A stretch of 64,000 nt of DNA from Octopus sinensis. Taxonomy: Eukaryota. The DNA lies in contig NC_042998.1 in NCBI RefSeq assembly GCF_006345805.1, positions 55,056,001 through 55,120,000 of the forward strand. Reading direction: 5' to 3'. Below, in pieces: positions 51,816-64,000 of this stretch (positions are counted from its first letter, which is position 1; every line of letters starts with the position of its first letter). The position numbers and the translations under genes were made by a program. Below the pieces are notes generated by a model. That model saw nothing but the letters and a program-made list of their open reading frames with translations. It did no database searches and was not told the DNA's origin.

Positions 51816-53282
51816 TATCAAAAAACATTTAGTTAGGGTTTAGTACCAACCAGTCATATATTGGTACCAATAGTTCGTTGAGTTAGCGCTATTCCTGCGA
51901 TTTATGTGGTGTCCGATTCGAATCGATCAGCACTTCTGTCAATAACCAAAAGCCACTTCTTTTCGGATGCTTTTGGGATTTCGTTAGGGCTCAAAATGAC
52001 TAATGTTTTATGATAACCCCTTTCTCCCTTCTTCCCCCTCCTTTTTTTAGGTCGTTCAATTTTTCCCAATTTATCAATAATGACTACCGGAAACAGCTGT
52101 AAGCCAAATTTACTCTAATAAACAAGAATGTATAATGATCATTATTTATACCTTGTCTTATCAATAAAATTATATATATACTTTAATTTGTGAAACTCTG
52201 CATTCAGTTGACAGCATTCGATACAGGTACAAATACATATAGGTTTCACAGAATCTATCTTAATTCCGCCAAACGTGATATAAATTTATATTAATGTTCT
52301 CGATAAAATATTTTAAAATTAATTTGCAAGATTTCAGAACAGGGACAACTTCGTAAATCCGGACGATACTGACAGTGCTTCTGCACATGAGAAGTTCAAT
52401 ATATTTCTTCAGTCGTAAGTGAGTCGAAGGTGTTAGTAAGGGTTTATTTCAATCATATATGGATCACGCGTGTATGTGTGAAGACCCAATTTTCAACCAA
52501 TGAGGACTGTGTTCACGTGATAATTCTAGAAAATTCCTTCTGCAACCGCGATATAAGCAGACGTTTTCTGGCGCATTTAATCAGAGAGAATTCGGACTTC
52601 ACTCGCTTCAGTCCCAAACAATTCTGCTCTCAAAACTGTTTTCACTATTTAATACTTAATCAAACCAGCTTGATTTCTCAATTAGCTCATTTCACACACA
52701 CAAATACCAACCTGAGATGATGAAGAATCAACACCGTATTTATTTGCAGGAATGTGCGGATCACTTTATCAAGATTTCAACTCCTGTAAATACAATGTTC
52801 TTAGAATTTGACGCTATCTGTTTTTCATGAAGCCTTATACAATTACAGCAATGTATATAAACTGACACCAAATCTTGTCATAACTACCAGCTACAAGAGT
52901 TTCCTGCGTACTTTATATATTAGTTACGCTAGCTAACTTGAGACAACATCAACCGAAAAATTCAAAAGGCGAGGTCGAATCGATCGATGGTTTATATATT
53001 TATAACAAACCACTTTTTTTTTTGGAAGCTGATGGAGCCTCGAAGGCGACTTAGCAGGAACCTCATTCGTTTCTTTTCTATTTATAAAAATTACTTAAAA
53101 TCTACGACCAGTGTAGTTGCTGTCACTATCTGTGTTGCTGTCATTATGTCAGTTCCTATCACTATCTGTAATCCTTGAGGAGTTATTGTTACAACTTCTA
53201 TACCTTAATTGTCATCTATTCTCTACGAAAGTTTCTATTTCAATATCAGATAGGTAATCAACGTTATGGATTTTCTTATATA

Positions 53283-53489
53283 CGAGGTCTGATCAATAAG
53301 TATCCTGACTGTTGCTATAATAACGAAGCTAAAACATACAGAGTGAAGTTGCAGAAGTGAGCTAGAATGTTAAAACTTTGTGCGCATGCACAGCAGAGTT
53401 CAAGGTCAATCTGTGCCAAGCGGCTTCACTCTGTGTGCTTTACCTTCGTTATTATGGCAACAGCCCGGATATTTATTGATCAGAGCACG
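53283..53489. mobile_element. Mariner-type MITE, about 70-bp TIRs, TA TSD
   Basis: TA|CGAGGTCTGATCAATAAGTATCC ... GGATATTTATTGATCAGAGCACG|TA. Confidence 0.85.
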
Positions 53490-53892
53490 TATTGCATGCT
53501 TCGGTGGTAATTTAAAACCAGATCTTTCTTCTGTGTCCAACTGCACAGCGCCATAGATTATGATGTATTTTTTTTTTTTTGTTTGTGTGCCTGTGTTGAA
53601 ATTGTGAGGTAGTGTCAGTGCCGGACCAAGACCCAAACACTTTTAAGATTTTGGTACCCTCATATAATATGTAAATTCAAAATATAAACAATTAAATATT
53701 TTTCTTTATTTTTTCAAAATGAAGCAAAACTAAATAAGATAGAAAATAATGTTTATTTTTGCATACTTCCACTTTATGCTTGAAAAGTTTGCTCCTACTT
53801 TTTTTAATTGCAATATCTTTGATCAGATCTTTAAAATTAATCTTACGTAACACATCTGCTTCTAGATTTTGAAGAGATAAATAATAAAGTGG

Positions 53893-54303
53893 TGTAGCGT
53901 AGCTCTGTGATATCCTCACTGTTTGAGAGAGATCATAGAAATGATGTCATGGCAGATAGCAGCCATCTTTCGGCTGCTTAGGCTCAGTTGTGTCCGCTAC
54001 TCTGATTGGTAGGTTTTGGTTGTGATCAATGGTCGAGGACCAAAGACAAGATATAGTGAATTGCTGAAGCCTTTTAAAGCAAAAGGTAGGCTCCAGGGAA
54101 AATCCAAAAGACTGTGTCATGGGACCTTATCCGAAGGCCGTAGTTGGTTTACTCACTGGCGCGAAATAAAACTGCACCAAAACCAACCAATCAGGGCAGC
54201 GGACACAACAGGTCCCAAGCAGCCGAAAGATGGCTGCTATTTGCCACGACATCATTTCTATTATCTCTCTCAAACAGTGAGGACATCACCGAGCTACGCT
54301 ACA
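53893..54303. mobile_element. Ginger-like MITE: 128-bp TIRs, TGT...ACA termini, 4-bp TSD GTGG
   Basis: GTGG|TGTAGCGTAGCTC ... GAGCTACGCTACA|GTGG; arms 53893-54020 and 54176-54303. Confidence 0.75.
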
Positions 54304-54999
54304 GTGGTTTCTCTGATGCCGTAAATCACTTACCATTTCTGTGGTCTCCCCTTCCCTTGATACCCTAAACAAATGCTTATTTGCGCTGGGTAGCGCGTTG
54401 TTAGTCATAACAATTCCATCAATACTTACAGAGTATCTTCGTTTCCCATTGGTTAATTGATGATATTACTGTTGTTGCTTCCGTTGTTTTGCACATTTCA
54501 ATTTGTTGTGTAAGTGTCGGTTACGGATGCTGTTTACATTGAATGGCGACATATTAAAATGTAATAACAAACGTTCGATGATAATAAAAATGTAATAATA
54601 AACATTGAAGAGAACGGTGCAGTTATCGAAGTCGGCACTGCTGGAGAAGTATCCAACCTGTTTATGGTATAGCGTGATAAGCGACTCGGACAGTACGTGA
54701 CGGAAAGATCCATACAAGTAGCAATATAACATATACAGGTTGCTAAGTGTGGGGAATACATGGATGGACAGCTGGTCTGCTGTACCTGAACTCAACAGAT
54801 GTGCCAACCATTAAAAGTTGACAGATGTACAGTCGAAAGCACAATTAAGGATGTGGAATGAAGATTAGGAAAACAGCTGGATTTTAGAGATAATCACTTA
54901 CATAATTAAAATATCCGGCGAAGTAAGCACCTATCGTTCACATAGAAAATCAAGTAGTACCAGGATGTATCGTACACAATGACTGATGCAGCAACATTG

Positions 55000-56200
55000 T
55001 TATTATGAACAGCTTATGGGGCCAAAAAAGATGTCCAAGTAAGATTCGGTTACAGAGACCTCAGACTGATAAACCAAATTATAATACAATAAATTGGGAA
55101 GAAATTTCACTGAGATGAAATGCAGTTCGAATGTGAAACAGAACTTACCACAGAAATCCTGATATTAGTAAGACAACTATGAGAGACCTCACGTAAGAGT
55201 AAACTTTTAAATTTATTATTGTCAATCAGGCAGGGTATCACACTTCGTAACCTGGAAGTCATTAAGTCGAGTGATATACAGAGATGTTACTAGTAATGAG
55301 AGATTTAGCGATGAATTAGCGAAGAATTTACTATGCATATAGGTGTCTATCAAGGATCACTTCTCAGCCTCCTCCTTTTATCATAGTTCTCCAGGCTAAA
55401 CAAAAGTTTCAGACCGAGTACTCGTGAGAACTCTACTATACCAACGAGTTACTTTTCATAACTGAACCTGTTGAAAAAAATTAGAGAAGAAATTCCAAAC
55501 GTGGAGATAAAGCTTAGAGCCAAAAGACTCTGAAGTAAACTTAGCAAAATCGAAAGTTAAATAACCAGGAAAAACAAGACTCTTCTATCATCAGGAAGGT
55601 AACCAGAGTCAGTAGAAAAGGAATATGTTCAGAACTCTGTACTATGTGCCAAATATAATACGTTAGAACACAAGATATGCGGTGGGATTACAGACAGGCT
55701 GGTAGATATGATTTCATGTGTAGCAGATGTGCCAAATAGATTCTTTCAAATGCTCTGAAGTTCATAGATTTCGTTACCCTACAAATCTGATTAGCAGCAA
55801 AAGTAGGCTTTCCAAAATCACTGCAGCCATTGTAAAGATGATCTGTAGAAAATTCAGGGAGCTATCACCTCTGATAGCAACAAGAGAATTCTCTCTTAGA
55901 GTGAAAGGTAGATTTGTGTACGAAGTGCGATGTTACATTCTAATATGGACACTGAATACAGAGGAATAACGAAAGCTGAAAGAAATGAAGCGAATTCTCT
56001 CCTTTGGAAATAGAGTATTATTATTGTGTACCTACATGATCGATAGATCACAACTGAATTGAGAAAAAACTGGGTACAACAGGAAGCAGACGTAGCATCC
56101 AAGGAAGAAGATGGCACTGATATATGTTCTTTATGGACGAGGCCAGTTGCGTGAAGAAGAGCAAAAATCAGGCCCGTCACCAGACTTTGATGCTTGATGG
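55000..56200 (+). mobile_element. RTE-clade LINE reverse transcriptase remnant, heavily degraded
   Basis: GVYQGSLLSLLL/FIIVLQA at about 55343; CRKFRELSPLIATREFSLRVKGR at about 55845; many indels. Confidence 0.8.
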
Positions 56201-56612
56201 GTACTTCAGAATATTCTGGGTGAGCACTAATTTATACCGCATGAAAATTTTCGTAAAATGTATTTTCTAAATCTGAGGGTGCACCACTGAATAATGAGTG
56301 GAAAGTACCGTCCAGTGCACGCCCTTAACCGGCAGGCGAGTGTGAATCATTAAATAGTGCGGGTGAAGTGCCGTCCAGTGCTCTAACTTGGCGACGGGCA
56401 TGGCAAAAATGGCCTGGAGACGAGAACATGAAGATTTATATCTCAAGTGGTTGTCTATATAATAGTGATTATGAGAGACTGCAACATATGTATATGGTAA
56501 GTCGCTGTTTTACAGAAAACTTCCGCCAACCCATGCAAGCATGGAACAGGAACGTAAAAGTGATGATAATAATACACACACAAACATACAGATAAAACAT
56601 GTCCACACACAG

Positions 56613-56649
<37 letters not shown>

Positions 56650-57150
56650 ATATATAAGATCCAGGGATTGAGGTGTAAGAAAAAAGTTAGCATCTATGTG
56701 TTAACATGTACCTCCTTGCAACAATGAAAACTAACATATCTAGCCCGGATCTTATCTATTCCATTCCTTAACTCTTGTATATATATTACGAGGAAGAATA
56801 GTGTTAACACTGACTTCGTAGTTTCGGCATGCTGATCCTACCTTAACGATGAAACTTCGAAGCCACTGTTAACACTATTCTTCCTTGTAAAAGAATAATA
56901 AATATGTGCACAACTAAAAATATTGAGTCGGAAAAATTGCTTAGCGGCATTTCTTTCAGGTCTTCACAAACTGAGTACAAAGGCCGTGGAGCTCGACTTC
57001 GCGTTTCATCCTTAAGGAGTCTATAAAATAGGTACCAGTTAAGTATTGGAGACGATGACATCGACTAGTCTCCTGCCCATAAATTCAGGCCTTGTGCCAA
57101 TAGTAGAACTCAACATGAAAACAAACAGATAGATAGATATATAGACTGAC

Positions 57151-57195
<45 letters not shown>

Positions 57196-57196
<1 letters not shown>

Positions 57197-57404
57197 TTGT
57201 TTGTTATGGCCGGTCAAAGAGTGACCATTGGTTTCCCAACCATAAGGCGCTAAGTTGGATAGGCGATTCGTCAGACTTATACGAGCAGTGGTACAAAACC
57301 TCTAAGTGTCTCTGGCCATCTGAGTCTGATGACTCGCCTATACAACTAAGCGCTTTATAGGTGCAATACCAATGGTCACTCTCTGACCAGTCACAATAAA
57401 CAAC
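57196..57404. mobile_element. MITE-like element, about 80-bp imperfect TIRs, next to (GATA)n
   Basis: GGTCAAAGAGTGACCATTGGT..TAGGCGATTCGTCAGACT versus AGTCTGATGACTCGCCTA..ACCAATGGTCACTCTCTGACC. Confidence 0.8.
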
Positions 57405-58263
57405 CTTCTAAACAATACTACTGTTCTAATGTTTTATATTTTAGAATTTGATTTTTCTTTTTTAATATAAGAGCTACTGACCGATACACACACCCATCCT
57501 ATATATATATGTGTGTGTGTGTAACACACATATACATACGATAATTACAAAAAGATTTCATTTCTCTATTCTAAAAAACAATAAAGGGAAAGAATAAAAG
57601 AATTCGTCCAAGTAAAAACAAAAAGTTGTTAGTGTTAGGAGCCCGGGACGTATTAATCTAAGTTATTTACCTGCAACAATCAACCGCCTTAGAGAGTAAC
57701 TGACAACTTACCTGTAGCTGATTATTCTAGTAGCAAGCAGGTGAAGGACGTCACCAGCGCCATCTAGGTGTACACTATTTCCAAGTGGACATCCGTTAAC
57801 TACATTTTTTTCCTATCTCAGTCCAAGAAAAAACCCTTAGAACTAAGGGTAATTAGATCTGTTTCGTTAACACTGATATTGGTTTTAAACCGAAGACTTT
57901 CGCATTCCCGAATCATGACAGCTCATCAATGTATGAGAAGGGGTCATTGGGTATATTTAACAGTATTGTTGTTAGGTAAGTTTCTTTCTCTCACCTTTGC
58001 TGGTTAATTCAATATGGATGATATTAAGACAGACCTACTAAAATATATATGTATATATAATTGATAAAAACGACTAAAAAGAAGTAATAAAACATGAATA
58101 ACTTTACTAACTTTCTACCTATTGTCATGTTTTAAACGAAGGACACTACATTGTACTATTCTGGCTTTTTATTTTATTCGTCTTTTTTGCGTTCGTTTAT
58201 ATTTTGCGCATTTAATTACGGTGATACACTCAAACATATACATACTTACACACACACACACAC

Positions 58264-58311
<48 letters not shown>

Positions 58312-58324
58312 ATATATATATATA

Positions 58325-58355
<31 letters not shown>

Positions 58356-58499
58356 TGGGAGCATATTCCGAATAGTCAAATTTTCCTCGAAATATCTTTC
58401 GGATTGGAAAGAAGTTGTAGAAATAGCCTGTTGAATTAATAGTTATTAACTTGTCCCATTTTTGTATGTCTCGTGCGAAATTGATTTTAATTCATTAGG

Positions 58500-58548
<49 letters not shown>

Positions 58549-59492
58549 ATATTCATTAGAATTTATATACACCCATGCGTATATGTGTGTCTTTGCATTT
58601 ACGTTTTAATGTTTTTATGTGTGCGTATAAGAAAATAGACACAGTTTTACAAAGCCTTTAATACCAAAATTTAATTTCTTGATTAATTTCTGTAGCTTCA
58701 CTGCTTATAGATTTCATCCACCTTTTATAGAATATAAAATAAGTGACTGATTTTGTTTATATATAAGTACCTCACCTATTTAGGTTAGATCTGATCATGC
58801 CACACCTGTAGATCTTCTGACCTAATTTCGTATATTTCCCTCTCCAAAAGTTTATATGCTAACCTGAAATAATGTCTTTCTTTGCATGATATTCGTCGAT
58901 TTAGATTTACATTTAAACTTCTTCTGAAATAGTTTGCTATGATAATAAACTCTTTATAAAATTATAATGATATATTTTATTTACTTCACACATTAATTCA
59001 TTGAAAACCGGAAGTGAGTGAGCTTATGAAATCATTGAGAATCAGTATACGGTTCTTAAGCTAACATACATTACTTTATTATATACATAGATAGATTGAT
59101 TACTGTGAATATTAAAGTCTGTTGAAAGGTTACTCTTAGTCAAATTAAACAAATTTCGGTAAAAAAAATTTACCAAATTTCTTATATACTCATTCTGGAA
59201 TTATTTGGGTGCAAATAGTTACTGATCGTTAACAACATATTTTGAATAATTTTACATGTCTTGCCCATATGCATCTGTGAAGCTTTTTACTGTTGGTTAT
59301 TATTTGACGAAAAAAGTATTCGCTTTGTTTTACATGTCCACAGTTAACGTATACAAAACAGTAACCTTCCTATTTTTTAATGAAAATTGTAAAAAGCTCT
59401 CATTTAGTCAGATACTATTTGTAGAACATCGAAAGTTACAGAATATTTTCCCTCTCGGTGAAGATTTACTTGTGTGTATGTATATATGTATG

Positions 59493-59593
<101 letters not shown>

Positions 59594-60204
59594 ATTTATA
59601 CACACACAAACATAGACGGAGGTGGGAGACTTAATGGTAGTAACATCCAGCCCGTAGAATTTGGAATACATAGTATGATGTATCGTTTCGATCCTTCTAA
59701 AAGGAAATACTAACAGAAAACGAGAGTGAAATGTATACACGATGGTCATTACCTGTTCTAAACAGACAAAAAAAGAATACTTCAAATATATTTCTTAATA
59801 ATCATAATGATAATATATTTCGGTGTAAAATGTATATTTAACTATGACAATCCAATATTGTAATGTCTCCCAGATTATTCCTCTACTGACGACGAGACAA
59901 ACTAAGAATTTTAAGGTTTTCGTGTTTGCATCGTTTTTGTAGTTCTAGTTTGTATCTACCCAAAACATTTGTGCAAATCAAACTTATTTGCTATCGTATT
60001 GTTCGTGATTCAGACATATACATATATATACATCGCAGATTTATTAACATCTTCAAACATTCTAAACGAAACATTAAATTAATGTCTTCGGGTGTTTTTA
60101 TGATATTCACAGAAGTGGTATAATTTGAAAGGAAACGTTAGTTTTGAGTTTAGTATTGCTTCTTTGAAGTTGAAAAATTAGCATTTTTATATGATCATCG
60201 TCAT

Positions 60205-60420
60205 CATTTAATGTCTGCTGGCATGGGTTGGACGGTTTGATAGAAGCTGGTGAGCCAGAGAACTGACTGCACCAAGCTCCAGATGCCCTTTCTAACACAA
60301 ACCACTTTACTGAGTGTACTGAATGCTATTTGCAGGACACAAGGCACTAATGAAGTCACTGAGTCACTTACAAGACTACTCAACTGAGTTGGGTGCAATA
60401 TTGAAAGAGGTTGCTTTATA
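60205..60420 (+). mobile_element. LINE-tail/SINE-like repeat, CpG-decayed
   Basis: CATCATTTAA..GCTGGCATGGGTTGGACGGTTTGA..GATGCCCTT.CTAAC motif typical of RTE-type tails (recognition only). Confidence 0.5.
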
Positions 60421-61623
60421 CCAGTGATGAACTGTTAAAGTATGATAGATGTGCAGAAACAGGTATTCAATGTTTGATAGGTGAGACTGAAGCTAAAATA
60501 TTGTGATAATAAATAAATAAAGAATCCACCAAGTCTTTTAGAAAATAAGCAGCCAAGCTTTTCAAAGTTCTAGTCTTACCATAATTGTTCTGAGGTTAAA
60601 GTACTGAACTATTAACTAACTTGGTCATAAGTTCAAACTTGATCACATCCTCTATGGTTTGCCCTGAGCCAAAGACTATAACTATTTCATTTTGTCTTAC
60701 ACTTATTTCACAGCTGTATAATTAACATTAAGAATTGGAATCTTATTGCAATAAAAACTGAAGTGTCCAGCAGAACTTAGTAGAGTGAATAAAAAAAAAC
60801 AAACAAAACAATATCTAATGTGTAAGAATAAGAAGAGATTTATTCAATTTGAAGAAAGAATGTGTATGTGAAGTTGATGCATGCTGCTCCTGTTGGCAAG
60901 GCTGCAGTTTTTCTCTGCACTGAAAGGTCAATTATAGAAACTATACAGTGCTATGCTAAAATGTGTACATTTCTGATAAGAAATAACTGAGTATGGTTCA
61001 TTAGATAAATGATGTGTCTGAAAAACAGAATGAGCTCAGATATGGAAAGAAGATGATTGGAAATGAAAGAAAAGAAAATGAGTATCATTTGATGAAATAA
61101 AAAAAAGAAAAAGGTGAGGTATTGCGAAGTAAGATAGAAATAGGAGGAAAAAATGCAAATGTAGTATTTGCTGAGAATCAAATCAAAATTTTTGAGGAGA
61201 GAAACAACAACGGTTAAATATGACTGAACTAAGATTGCTGAAATGGGATACAGTGAGGACTGCTAGTCTGTTTTGTCTAAGCCAAATGAATGTGGAAACA
61301 AAAAGAAAAGAAATATTAGTTATATATCTATGAAGCAAATATTCAGGAAAATGATTTATTTTGTAAGTGCAAATAACTAATAGAAATGAAAGAATAAATA
61401 ATAAAATTTTGGTGGTTGTAAAGATGGTCAGTATTCAAAAAGCCAGTTTTGGAACTCAATAAAATTCTTTCTAAATATGTGTTTGTTAGGGAAGTTAAAG
61501 ATGAGATATTTCAACTAGATATGTTTAAATATTAAGAAGGATATTATTCCTGTAGTCAACTGGCTTTTTCTTGATTACTCTATGGTACTAATAAATTAAT
61601 AGTTGTTATTGTAGCATGGAAGG

Positions 61624-61866
61624 TGTTTATAAGCCATTTAAGAAACACAAAAACCGTTAGATTCACTTCAACATTTAAATTTAATTTGTCAAAATATTTT
61701 CGTTGCTTTGAGACCGCAACCTGTTCACTGACAAAATTCCGTGCTGCACAGAATTTTGTCAGTGAACAGGTTGCAGTCTCAAAGCGACGAAAATATTTTG
61801 ACAAATTAAATTTAAATGTTGAAGTGAATCTAACGGTTTTTGTGTTTCTTAAATGGCTTATAAACA
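61624..61866. repeat. Long fold-back: 116-bp arms with 2 mismatches, 11-nt centre
   Basis: 61624-61739 versus 61751-61866; mismatches T61704.G61786 and C61715.A61775. Confidence 0.95.
61755..61805 (+). ncRNA. Hammerhead-like fold with variant core G3-U-G-A-A-C8-A (mirror copy on minus strand 61685-61735)
   Basis: Helix I TTTGTCA/TGACAAA (7 bp), GTGAACA, extra G, helix II GTTGC/GCGAC, GAA, palindromic helix III AATATT, U17. Confidence 0.5.
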
Positions 61867-62650
61867 TCTCCCACACTGCAATTGTTTTCGTTCCAGCACA
61901 CGATCTCAGATCAGGTCACTTGCTATGCAAGTACATCTCTAATTGTTATTGTCATTTCTATATTTGTAAGAGTTGACCTGGTCTGCAACACATTCTCTTT
62001 CTATGTATCTCACTTTTATCTCCTATAGTATTGAATTTAATTACTACACTTGAAGTTTTTGTTTACTTATGTTTACCATCAATAAGAGAAAAAAATAATT
62101 GGTCTCTTTGGCTACAGATACCAAAACACAGTGTGTCTCAAGGATTAATAGATGATCCTGTGGATGCAGTTATTATAAAAGAGTAGAGGCTGGATTCTGA
62201 GATTAAAGAAGGGACTAACTAGTAGTGTAAACTTCATTAACAGAGTGAGAAATAGAGAGCTAGAAGTAGTTATAGTCATCAAGAGTGAAACTGATAAAAG
62301 CTGAAAGCATTTGAAGAGCAAGAATGGCAGCAACTGAGTTTAGAAAAATCATAAAGAGAATGTTTCATCCAGTGTTGTGTAAGATGAAAGGTAAGACATG
62401 TGGAGTCAACATGAGACTCTAAATTTTAATTAGAAGTTAAATGGGATCTGACAAATGATTCGTCCTATGTTTATTTTTTGTCTTAAACATACTTTGGAAA
62501 AATCCATTTGTATACTGCCTCATTGTTACTATATGGTCTCCTTCTGTTCACATGTATAAAGTAATTATTTTTATAAAGGTTGTCTTTTTTACTTGAAATG
62601 CTGTTCAGTGGTGTCACCTAATTATTCAAGGTCATTCCTTTATTCCTATA

Positions 62651-62855
62651 TTGGTTTCAATTTTTGGTGCAAGGCCAGCAATTTCAGGGGAGGGTGTAAG
62701 TTGATTACATAACCCCAGCGTTCAACTGGTACTTATTTTATCGACCCTGAAAGGATGAAGGGCAAAGTTGACCTTGGCAGAATTTGAACTCAGAATGTAA
62801 GGATGGATGAAATGCTGCTAAGCATTTTGACTGGCATGCAAATGATTCTGCCATC
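62651..62855 (-). mobile_element. SINE family B with near-complete CpG decay
   Basis: GGCAAAGTTGACCTTGGCAGAATTTGAACTCAGAATG versus GGCAAAGTCGACCTCGGCGGAATTTGAACTCAGAACG in other copies. Confidence 0.88.
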
Positions 62856-63419
62856 TTACTGCCCTTTTTCATTCTTATATTATGCCTTTCTGACTGTTAT
62901 TGCAAAACTTGCTTTCATTCTTCTTGCATTTTGGATTGCACAGCCACCAAAAAATATATGCCACAAAGAATTAGCAACAAAGATTATTAAAATTAGCTCT
63001 GAAGAATTTTCAACAAAAATGAACTACAAAAATAATTCTTTAAAAAAATTGAAAAAGAATATTTTTTTTACTTTTGCAAGAAACTTTATATCATTACCAA
63101 AGCTGAAGGAATCTGGACAAAGAAGTTCAGATTATTTTGTGGAAAAAAAAAAGTTTCCAATATTTTGCTATGGAGATGATTAAGATTTTATGATCAGAAT
63201 AGTGACATATTTGAGCTGAATAAAATTACCTGCTAAGAAATAAAATAAAATATTTTATTAATGGGACTTATAAAAATGTTTAAACTGGCTAATGCTTTAA
63301 TGATGCCAATAGATTATGAAAAATGTAATTCTTTTTGTTTTTGAAATCATGAAAAATACTGATGGAGGAAAAATGTTGTAAAGTTGCAATATAATTTTTA
63401 CAGTCGTTATGAAAAGAAT

Positions 63420-63860
63420 GGAATCGGTGTCGCTGATTTTTGTGGCAGAATAAAAATAAAAATTGGCTGACGTTTGCTTCAGAGATACAGATTGTAATTC
63501 TTGAAGACTGATTATGAGTGTGCACATGTACGAAAAATGTGCAACAGACAGTTTTGGAAGAAATAGACCCAGTACTAGAAATAAGCATTGAAAATTGCTG
63601 GGACAGTTGAAAGAGCTATAGCAAACATTTGAAATTTGCCCACAGGAAAGCTTGAGACTATGTCTGGAAAGAATAATATATTTGATAGGAATCAAAGGCA
63701 AAATTGCCACAGATTCCAAGCTAAAAATTGTACAAGTGAAAATCAAGATAGGGAAAAATTAGAGTACAATTTATGCCATAAAACAGGTAAATTTTGGAAT
63801 GATTGTAGATTCAAATTAAACCAATATCAAAAGTATAATCAAAAGAATTGTTATTTTTAA
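63420..63860 (+). mobile_element. Possible LTR-retrotransposon gag remnant
   Basis: EKLEYNLCHKTGKFWNDCRFK fits a decayed CX2CX4HX4C knuckle (2 of 4 ligands changed); surrounding frames broken. Confidence 0.35.
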
Positions 63861-64000
63861 AATAGAAAATGGCCAGTTTTGAGAAATATTAACTCTTATC
63901 CTAGTGAAAAGTCAAAAACTTGGTCCTGTAATGATTCTTACAAAAAAATAAATGAATGACAGAAGAGAAGATTTCTATAACAAGATTAGTATGAATCTTG

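Noticed and set aside
61580-61976. Two near-identical ORFs on opposite strands
   Set aside because: A consequence of the palindrome; no recognisable protein

Overview
AT-rich eukaryotic genomic DNA saturated with (AT)n, (CA)n, (CATA)n and (GA)n microsatellites and with several tRNA-derived SINE families. The repeat repertoire looks like that of octopod cephalopods (Octopus); this is inference from recognition, not a database hit. No host protein-coding gene could be supported, and most ORFs in the supplied track are microsatellite or repeat translations. Recognisable coding remnants are all transposon-derived: RTE, CR1-type and R4/Dong-type LINEs, mariner/Tc1, Tigger/pogo, and a possible gag. 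Non-autonomous Helitrons and several MITEs are also present. The most interesting signal is at least six hammerhead-ribozyme-like folds of the minimal Penelope-like-element (PLE) type, four of them in or between long inverted repeats. One 116-bp fold-back carries, on both strands, a hammerhead fold with a swapped G3:C8 core. Other points are a Ginger-like MITE, a fold-back element with 22-bp subterminal repeats, a TIR element with telomere-like motifs, a degenerate 321-bp tandem repeat and a CpG-depleted domain in the last ~4 kb. Coordinates of degenerate repeats are approximate.
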